20,000 nucleotides of DNA from an uncultured virus (IMG/VR IMGVR_UViG_3300004481_000138) (IMGVR_UViG_3300004481_000138), one strand, 5' to 3'; shown: positions 1 to 5,071, counted from the stretch's first letter. The notes: generated from the letters alone by a model not told the origin. A program made the numbers and translations.

Positions 1-6
1 TATGTA

Positions 7-67
7 TCATAGCGGAGAGTAAGTTGAAACCAAATTGATGGATTTTTAGGAACTCTCTATGCCATGA
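7..67 (-). ncRNA. Hairpin RNA unit A (conserved scaffold + 24-nt variable loop)
   Basis: UCAUGGC/GCUAUGA stem, 3x1 internal loop, GAGAGU/ACUCUC helix, loop UCCUA-N24-UU; paralogous to unit B at a 70-nt period. Confidence 0.65.
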
Positions 68-75
68 ATGTGAAG

Positions 76-138
76 TGACAAGCGGAAAGTAATTTTTCGT
101 TTGAGTTGAGTTTTTATAGGAACTTTCGTTGCCTGTCA
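76..138 (-). ncRNA. Hairpin RNA unit B (conserved scaffold + 24-nt variable loop)
   Basis: UGACAGGC/GCUUGUCA stem, 3x1 internal loop, GAAAGU/ACUUUC helix, loop UCCUA-N24-UU; begins about 20 nt downstream of the TATA box at 159-166. Confidence 0.65.
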
Positions 139-158
139 ATAGTATAATATTCGTTTAA

Positions 159-179
159 TATATAAAGTTTATGATTTTT
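159..179 (-). promoter_or_regulatory. Archaeal BRE+TATA promoter
   Basis: Minus strand AAAATCATAAAC-TTTATATA, identical to the copy at 939-958. Confidence 0.8.
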
Positions 180-207
180 AAACACCCTGACTGCCTAACT
201 GCAGCAA

Positions 208-243
208 TTACTAAGACTTTACTAATCTTTACTAAATTAGTAA
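208..243. repeat. TTACTAA x3 direct plus one inverted copy
   Basis: Direct copies at 208, 219 and 229; inverted TTAGTAA at 237. Confidence 0.55.
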
Positions 244-251
244 TTCCAAAA

Positions 252-334
252 TACCGGATGCAGGATTCGAACCTGCGGTAGCACTAAGCCATTGGGTCTA
301 GACCAATGCTGGTTGACCTCTGCAGCAATCCGGT
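252..334 (-). tRNA. tRNA-Leu(TAG), C33
   Basis: Acceptor ACCGGAT/ATCCGGT, A73, long variable arm, anticodon arm ATTGG-TCTAGAC-CCAAT. Confidence 0.85.
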
Positions 335-337
335 GTA

Positions 338-449
338 TGCGAGGAGTAGGATTTGCACCCACGGTGTGAAACTTATTCAACCAGATATCTCAGCTAGTCT
401 TGAGTTTAGCCCTTAAGTCTGGCCCCTTCGACTACTCGAGCATCCTCGC
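338..449 (-). tRNA. tRNA-Leu(TAA) with 25-nt BHB intron (387-411)
   Basis: GCGAGGA/TCCTCGC; CCAGA CT TAA G|intron|A TCTGG; canonical BHB (CTTA/TGAG central helix, GCTA/TAGC outer stem). Confidence 0.92.
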
Positions 450-453
450 TTTA

Positions 454-543
454 TGGAGCTGTGGGGAATTGAACCCCATGCATCCTCATCTCTTTACCAT
501 TATGGTATGCAAGTGAGGCGGTCTACCGATGGCCTACAGTCCC
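454..543 (-). tRNA. tRNA-Ala(TGC) with 18-nt intron (490-507)
   Basis: G3:U70; CCTCA CT TGC A|intron|A TGAGG; relaxed BHB. Confidence 0.9.
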
Positions 544-544
544 A

Positions 545-619
545 TGGAGCCACCAGAGGGATTTGAACCCTCACCCAGCTGCTTACAGGGCAGTCGCACG
601 ACCGTCGTGCTGTGATGGC
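545..619 (-). tRNA. tRNA-Thr(TGT), C8 and C33, CCA encoded
   Basis: GCCATCA/TGGTGGC, U73, loop CCTGTAA. Confidence 0.88.
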
Positions 620-625
620 GGTTGA

Positions 626-696
626 TGGGGTTACCGTGATTTGCACACGGGCTGACGGTTCTGGAGACCGTTATGCTCCTGCTACATTACAACCCC
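626..696 (-). tRNA. tRNA-Trp(CCA)
   Basis: GGGGTTG/TAACCCC; ACGGT CT CCA GA ACCGT. Confidence 0.92.
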
Positions 697-772
697 TGGC
701 GTAGCCAAAGAGACTTGCACTCTTACCCTCGTGCTTAACAGGCACGTGCTCCACTACTTGAGCTATGGCCAC
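697..772 (-). tRNA. tRNA-Asn(GTT), CCA encoded
   Basis: GTGGCCA/TGGCTAC, G73; CGTGC CT GTT AA GCACG. Confidence 0.93.
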
Positions 773-776
773 AGAG

Positions 777-847
777 TTTATTTAAGCCAGAAAATTCTGG
801 TTTTTTTTTTGAAATGTTTGTTTTAGAATTTTAATGGCTTAAATAAA
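777..847 (-). ncRNA. Long hairpin with 26-nt A/C-rich loop in the leader of tRNA array 1
   Basis: TTTATTTAAGCCA/TGGCTTAAATAAA plus AAAATTCT/AGAATTTT stems. Confidence 0.5.
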
Positions 848-938
848 ACATTTAGTTGGTGAGCGAACTACTCAATAATAGATTCGCCGTCCAATTACAT
901 GCTGTTATATATGCCATAGTATAATAAATCGATACTTA

Positions 939-960
939 TATATAAAGTTTATGATTTTTT
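939..960 (-). promoter_or_regulatory. BRE+TATA promoter of tRNA array 1
   Basis: AAAATCATAAAC-TTTATATA, followed downstream by TATTATACTAT as for the promoter at 159. Confidence 0.8.
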
Positions 961-961
961 A

Positions 962-1471
962 TTAGTCGTCGTCCACATCCTCATCTAAGTTTGTCATTAA
1001 AAATCTTATAAGTTGCCCAAGTAACTCTAGTGATATTTCTATGCTTATTCCTTCCTCTTTAACCAATCTTTTTCTTAATTGCTTGTTCTGTTTTTTCATC
1101 ACTTTCCAATTTATTTCTTCAATCTTATGTATTTTGTATGTTGCACCCCAAAATGTTAATATATTCTTTCCTCTATGATAACCATTATGACAACTTTTGC
1201 ATAATGTTATACAGTTTTTGATGCTGTCCTTACCATTATTTTTCTGGAATTTGACATGATGCATTGTTAATGGACTATTAGTATGTTTACAATCTTTATT
1301 AATGCATTTAAATCCGTCTCTTTGGAATACCAAGCATTTCAAGATATATTTTTCATAAATCCTTATTTTTAGTTCATTATTTAGTTGTGTTAGGCTGTTT
1401 TCATCCCATGTGCTAAAATAACTACCTAAGTCCTTTATATTCCTGTATATTTCATAATTTTCGTTTTTCAT
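962..1471 (-). CDS. HNH endonuclease
   Basis: VFQRDGFKC...C...LTMHH...GKDSIKNCITLCKSCHNGYH Zn-HNH motif. Confidence 0.9.
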   Translation of the reverse strand: MKNENYEIYRNIKDLGSYFSTWDENSLTQLNNELKIRIYEKYILKCLVFQRDGFKCINKDCKHTNSPLTMHHVKFQKNNGKDSIKNCITLCKSCHNGYHRGKNILTFWGATYKIHKIEEINWKVMKKQNKQLRKRLVKEEGISIEISLELLGQLIRFLMTNLDEDVDDD

Positions 1472-1478
1472 TTTTTAT

Positions 1479-2135
1479 TTACCTTGCTGGAACTTGTATT
1501 TTACTCAACCAATACTTTTCAGTATCAACATTCATAATGGCAAGTTTACCAAGCCAACCTACACCACAGTCCATCATTATAAGTTTTCCAAAACGTATTG
1601 GATTATTATATTGATAGGTTTGTGTGGTTGTATGGCCTACAAATACACGTTCATATTCTTTGATTTTTAATCCATTTCTACATCTTTCAATCAAGTCTCT
1701 ATCCCATGTTAAAGTGTGCCTATCCTGTTTATCTATAGGAAATTTTGGATTATATCCGCCATGAACAAACAATCTATTGTTTTCTATATAGTAATACACA
1801 CCGTTATTAAAAAAGTTTTGATGTGTAACTGGTATCATGTATTTAAATTGAGCATAAGATTTTATTGTGTTTTTTCCACCTTGTGAAAGCCATATATCTT
1901 CACTCCAACCACTTTTCATATAATCCATAAACCATTCATCATGATTGCCCATTATAAATACTATATTTTTGATTTTAAGTAATTCTTCAACTACTTCATA
2001 AGTGTTATATCCACCATCAGTTACATCTCCTAATACTATAAGTTTGTCCTCATCATAGTTAAATTTACATAAACTTAAAACTTCTTTTAATGCTTCAATT
2101 CTTCCGTGGATGTCGCCAATCACAAATGTTGCCAT
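1479..2135 (-). CDS. Calcineurin-like metallophosphoesterase (PrpA/lambda NinI-like)
   Basis: GDIHG, GDVTD, GNHD, HGG and GHT motifs. Confidence 0.92.
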   Translation of the reverse strand: MATFVIGDIHGRIEALKEVLSLCKFNYDEDKLIVLGDVTDGGYNTYEVVEELLKIKNIVFIMGNHDEWFMDYMKSGWSEDIWLSQGGKNTIKSYAQFKYMIPVTHQNFFNNGVYYYIENNRLFVHGGYNPKFPIDKQDRHTLTWDRDLIERCRNGLKIKEYERVFVGHTTTQTYQYNNPIRFGKLIMMDCGVGWLGKLAIMNVDTEKYWLSKIQVPAR

Positions 2136-2139
2136 TGTA

Positions 2140-2211
2140 TGGGAAGACAGGGAGTTGCACCCTGATGACTACGGCTTCAGCGTAGCGCATTCCTGGTTCT
2201 GCCATCTTCCC
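2140..2211 (-). tRNA. tRNA-Phe(GAA)
   Basis: GGGAAGA/TCTTCCC; CTACG CT GAA GC CGTAG. Confidence 0.92.
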
Positions 2212-2218
2212 TTGAGAG

Positions 2219-2291
2219 GTTAATAGTTGGGGGTTGAACCCAATCTTCTGGTGTCACAAACCAGTGTGCAAACCTTTACACCACTATTAAC
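2219..2291 (-). tRNA. tRNA-His(GTG), G-1 encoded
   Basis: G-1:C73; CTGGT TT GTG AC ACCAG. Confidence 0.92.
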
Positions 2292-2294
2292 ACA

Positions 2295-2368
2295 TGAGCT
2301 TGCTGGAATTTGAATCCAGACCCTCTCGTTCGTGGCGAGATATGATATCCTAATTTCACTACAAGCCC
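2295..2368 (-). tRNA. tRNA-Arg(ACG), C33 A34
   Basis: GGGCTTG/CAAGCTC, A20; TCTCG CC ACG AA CGAGA. Confidence 0.85.
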
Positions 2369-2374
2369 TTTAAA

Positions 2375-2449
2375 TGACCTTACTGGGAATTGAACCCAGG
2401 TTATTCCTGCTTAGAAGGCAGGTGCCATCATCCATTAGGCGATAAGGCC
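2375..2449 (-). tRNA. tRNA-Arg(TCT)
   Basis: CCTGC CT TCT AA GCAGG; full cloverleaf. Confidence 0.93.
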
Positions 2450-2454
2450 ATGTA

Positions 2455-2526
2455 TGGAAATACTGAGAGTTGAACTCAGTTTGCCTGCGTATCAGGCAGG
2501 TAGCCTAACCGTTAGCTGATATTTCC
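2455..2526 (-). tRNA. tRNA-Ile(GAT)
   Basis: GGAAATA/TATTTCC; CCTGC CT GAT AC GCAGG. Confidence 0.92.
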
Positions 2527-2531
2527 ATATA

Positions 2532-2603
2532 TACAGGAACGGAGAATTGAACTCCGATAACTGATGCATAAGACCAGCTCACTAACCATTGTGATATTCC
2601 TGT
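2532..2603 (-). tRNA. tRNA-Ile(TAT)
   Basis: ACAGGAA/TTCCTGT; CTGGT CT TAT GC ATCAG. Confidence 0.87.
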
Positions 2604-2607
2604 GTAA

Positions 2608-2679
2608 CGATGCCAACGGGATTTGCACCCGTGTCCAAGGATAGACAGTCCAAGATGCTAACTTCTACACCATGGCATC
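2608..2679 (-). tRNA. tRNA-Asp(GTC)
   Basis: GATGCCA/TGGCATC, G73; loop CT GTC TA; two U-U mismatches in the anticodon stem. Confidence 0.87.
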
Positions 2680-2683
2680 ATAA

Positions 2684-2758
2684 TGGGGCACACGCGATTT
2701 GAACGCGCATTCTCTTGGTCCCAGGCCAAGGATGTTTACCAAGTTACACTAATGCCCC
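2684..2758 (-). tRNA. tRNA-Pro(TGG), C33
   Basis: GGGGCAT/GTGCCCC; CTTGG CC TGG GA CCAAG. Confidence 0.88.
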
Positions 2759-2766
2759 TTTACTAA

Positions 2767-2841
2767 TGCTCCCAACGGAATTTGAATCCGTGTTTTCAGA
2801 TTGAAAGTCTGATGTGATTATCCTGGCTACACCATGGGAGC
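2767..2841 (-). tRNA. tRNA-Glu(TTC)
   Basis: GCTCCCA/TGGGAGC; TCAGA CT TTC AA TCTGA. Confidence 0.93.
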
Positions 2842-2923
2842 ATTTGCAACGGTGTCAGTTCCAGACCTGACCGTGAACTTCCTTTCAGAAGTCCAGTTGG
2901 ATTTGAACCAACGTCCCCGTCTA
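2842..2923 (-). ncRNA. Circularly permuted tRNA-like RNA (T arm, closed acceptor stem, D arm)
   Basis: TA GACGG GGAC GTTGG-TTCAAAT-CCAAC TGGACTT CT-GAAA-GG AAGTTCA CG GTCAG-GTCTGGAA-CTGAC A CCGTT GCAAAT; all four stems pair. Confidence 0.75.
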
Positions 2924-2998
2924 TGCGGCTACCCAGATTTGAACTGGGACCGTCATCGGTGTAAACGATGTGCCATGTCCAGATTAGACCATAGCCGC
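2924..2998 (-). tRNA. tRNA-Val(TAC)
   Basis: GCGGCTA/TAGCCGC; CATCG TT TAC AC CGATG. Confidence 0.93.
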
Positions 2999-3100
2999 TT
3001 ATTTTAATGGCAATTCATTTATTATGCTGTTCTCAGGTAAGGGGTCTTGCCACCATTTATGTAGTTTAAGTCTGTCATACAATTCATTTATTGTTTCCAT
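2999..3100 (-). CDS. 33-aa mini-ORF inside the tRNA array
   Basis: METINELYDRLKLHKWWQDPLPENSIINELPLK*; nearly fills the Gly-Val spacer. Confidence 0.4.
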   Translation of the reverse strand: METINELYDRLKLHKWWQDPLPENSIINELPLK

Positions 3101-3103
3101 GGA

Positions 3104-3174
3104 TGCAGTTGCTGGGATTTGAACCCAAAACACCTCCTTGGTGGAGAGGTATGATACCATTTCACCACAACTGC
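3104..3174 (-). tRNA. tRNA-Gly(ACC), C33 A34
   Basis: GCAGTTG/CAACTGC, A73; CCTCT CC ACC AA GGAGG. Confidence 0.85.
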
Positions 3175-3177
3175 GTA

Positions 3178-3248
3178 TGCGTCAGGCGAGAGTTGAACTC
3201 GCGCAGCCTGCTTGGAAGGCAGGAATGCTACCGTAACATTTCTGACGC
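3178..3248 (-). tRNA. tRNA-Gly(TCC), A8/U14 swap
   Basis: GCGTCAG/CTGACGC; CCTGC CT TCC AA GCAGG. Confidence 0.92.
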
Positions 3249-3253
3249 ATGAA

Positions 3254-3342
3254 TGCTCCTGGCCAGATTTGAACTGGCGTCTCAAAGTTTCTTCATTATT
3301 AATTCCAAAGCCTTGTATGCTTGGCCGCTACACCACAGGAGT
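3254..3342 (-). tRNA. tRNA-Gln(TTG) with 16-nt BHB intron (3289-3304)
   Basis: CAAGG CT TTG G|intron|A CTTTG; BHB helix CTTT/GAAG; A1-C72 mismatch. Confidence 0.9.
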
Positions 3343-3348
3343 ATATAA

Positions 3349-3422
3349 TATCCCTGCCAAGATTTGAACTTGGGTTCTTCCGTTCCAGAGACGGATGACT
3401 TTAACCACTCGTCTACAGGGAT
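3349..3422 (-). tRNA. tRNA-Gln(CTG)
   Basis: A1:U72; TCCGT CT CTG GA ACGGA. Confidence 0.92.
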
Positions 3423-3425
3423 ATA

Positions 3426-3501
3426 TGGCGGGTCTGCACAGATTTTCACTGTGATTCTCCTGGGTAAGAGCCAGGTATGTTATTATTTACACCACAGACC
3501 C
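3426..3501 (-). tRNA. tRNA-Lys(CTT), CCA encoded
   Basis: GGGTCTG/CAGACCC; CCTGG CT CTT AC CCAGG; atypical D and T loops. Confidence 0.88.
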
Positions 3502-3580
3502 TTCATGCCAACCTCCTCAGCACCCACAAGCATACAGAGGCAACCAGTTATTTCAAACCATGGGACGGTTTTAGCATGAA
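3502..3580 (-). ncRNA. 79-nt structured spacer RNA between the two Lys tRNAs
   Basis: Terminal stem TTCATGCTAA/TTGGCATGAA fills the spacer exactly; internal hairpins AACC/GGTT and CCTC/GAGG. Confidence 0.5.
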
Positions 3581-3715
3581 CGGGTTTGCTGGGTATCGAA
3601 CCCAGACCTCACTGCTAACTCCAGGATGTACTCACTCCCACATGGTTTTGCAGTTGTGTAGTCAACCTATCCATCCTTAAAAGGCAGGTGCGCTATGCCA
3701 TTACGCCACAAACCC
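3581..3715 (-). tRNA. tRNA-Lys(TTT) with 61-nt intron (3617-3677)
   Basis: GGGTTTG/CAAACCC, G73; CCTGC CT TTT A|intron|A GCAGT; BHB-like CTTT/GGAG with AGGATG/CATCCT. Confidence 0.88.
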
Positions 3716-3789
3716 TGGTCTGCTTGTTGGAAATCGAATCCAAATATGACGGGCTACAGCCGTTTGCATTACCTTTATGCTACAAGCAG
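3716..3789 (-). tRNA. tRNA-Tyr(GTA), archaeal type, CCA encoded
   Basis: C1:G72, A73, short variable loop; loop CT GTA GC. Confidence 0.92.
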
Positions 3790-3794
3790 TTATA

Positions 3795-3869
3795 TAGAGA
3801 TATCCGGATTTGAACCGGAACTCTTCGGCTCATGAGGCCGACGGTTTAACCAAATTAGCCTATATCTCT
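3795..3869 (-). tRNA. tRNA-Met(CAT), initiator-like
   Basis: A1:U72; TCGGC CT CAT GA GCCGA; lacks the full GGG/CCC of canonical initiators. Confidence 0.85.
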
Positions 3870-4142
3870 ATTTATGTATAGAATCTTTTTCTTGTTCCCA
3901 TAAAGGGAAAGTATAAAAAATTTCTTAGAAAATTTCTCAAAATGGGAGCAATGAAAGATTTTATGATTGCCTGCCGACTATAAAGTATGCAGGCACAATT
4001 CGCTCTCCGTGTTCCATTTTGTCTATCATAAAGTGTGAATGTATTTTACCTCAAAAAAAATTCATCTGGCGACGTTGACCGTTTTCATTACAGGCATCAC
4101 CAGGGGTCATTTATTAATTCTATTATAGTAAAACATTACTAA

Positions 4143-4162
4143 TATTTAAAGTTTATGATTTT
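4143..4162 (-). promoter_or_regulatory. BRE+TATA promoter of tRNA array 2
   Basis: AAAATCATAAAC-TTTAAATA. Confidence 0.78.
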
Positions 4163-4297
4163 AATGATGGTTTAATCAAGTTTTTTGGTATCTTTAAGTC
4201 TAGTAAAACACCTGTTATTTTTACTTTCAAACCCATTTTTTCTAGCTCCTTCTTTATATCATGTGGAGTCCATGGATTATTTTTCGGAATAATTATA

Positions 4298-4420
4298 TCA
4301 ATAGTGCATTTCATTTTGTTTCAACTCTTTTATCAATTTCCTTCTAGGACTACAAATATGTGGCAGACTAAGTATATCTCTACCTACTATAAGACCACAA
4401 TATGGACATTTTTCAATCAT
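4298..4420 (-). CDS. 40-aa Zn-binding microprotein
   Basis: MIEKCPYCG...HIC; ATGA overlap with the upstream gene. Confidence 0.6.
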   Translation of the reverse strand: MIEKCPYCGLIVGRDILSLPHICSPRRKLIKELKQNEMHY

Positions 4421-4821
4421 TTCACATCAGCCTCTTCTCCTTCAAATTTTTCTCTTATATGTTTTACATACCCTTTGAGTTCTTGTCTTAACATTTCTTC
4501 AAGTGTTGCTTCTCTCCCATCCAGCCAACGATATGTTTTGGCATATTCTTTCTTGATATGGCAGTGTGTGATTTTGTATTCTTCACCAAATCTTTGTCCA
4601 ATAATAAATCCCAAAACCGCATCATCATTTGATGGAAGATGTTTAAAATTATGATTTATTAATGATGTGAAGAGAAAGCAACTGCTTCTCAAAGATAATA
4701 AAATAATGTCATCTTCTTTAAATATTATCTTTCTTCGAGTATCTTTCTCGTATTCTTTCTGGAGTTGTAAGAATTTATTGTAGATATCAGAATCCAATTC
4801 TTTAATATAGCTATTAATCAT
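4417..4821 (-). CDS. Hypothetical protein
   Basis: 134-aa ORF co-oriented in the operon, purine-rich SD. Confidence 0.75.
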   Translation of the reverse strand: MINSYIKELDSDIYNKFLQLQKEYEKDTRRKIIFKEDDIILLSLRSSCFLFTSLINHNFKHLPSNDDAVLGFIIGQRFGEEYKITHCHIKKEYAKTYRWLDGREATLEEMLRQELKGYVKHIREKFEGEEADVK

Positions 4822-4846
4822 TTTGTGTCATTTCCTCTCTTTCACC

Positions 4847-5071
4847 TTACTCCTTATGCCCATATATTATCATACGCTCAATACCTGAAAGCTTCACAGC
4901 AACAAGTGTGTCTCTAATGGTATTTTTCACCTTAAGATATTGCTGATATGCATTATTATACTCACGGGTACGCACATCAGGATTCTCGAAAACATTAGTT
5001 CTCACAGCATATACCTTTATCAACATCTTCAACGAATCCACAAGTATTTCCATATCATCCATACACATCAC
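4847..5071 (-). CDS. Hypothetical protein
   Basis: Co-oriented ORF, AGGTGA SD. Confidence 0.65.
   Translation of the reverse strand: MMCMDDMEILVDSLKMLIKVYAVRTNVFENPDVRTREYNNAYQQYLKVKNTIRDTLVAVKLSGIERMIIYGHKE

Noticed and set aside
7..138. CRISPR or TIGR array
   Set aside because: The variable segment lies inside a covarying hairpin rather than between identical repeats, no box C/D-like motifs are seen, and no cas/tas gene is recognisable in the window.
252..334. Amber suppressor (CTA) reading of the loop TCTAGAC
   Set aside because: The stem register ATTGG/CCAAT centres TAG in the loop, Leu identity elements are present, and TAG serves as a normal stop at 9932, 13351 and 16816.
962..1471. 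IscB/HEARO-type RNA-guided nuclease
   Set aside because: Only 169 aa, with no PLMP or RuvC segments.
3104..3174. Trp(CCA) reading of the Gly(ACC) loop
   Set aside because: The anticodon stem pairs only with ACC centred, and a normal Trp tRNA exists at 626-696.
3502..3580. Type II hammerhead ribozyme (GAAA ... CUGAGGA present)
   Set aside because: Stems I-III and the UH cleavage triplet do not form convincingly.
3617..3677. Box C/D guide inside the Lys intron
   Set aside because: No RUGAUGA or CUGA boxes.
3088..3680. ORF-track ORFs 3088-3285, 3364-3579 and 3477-3680
   Set aside because: They overlap clear tRNA genes.
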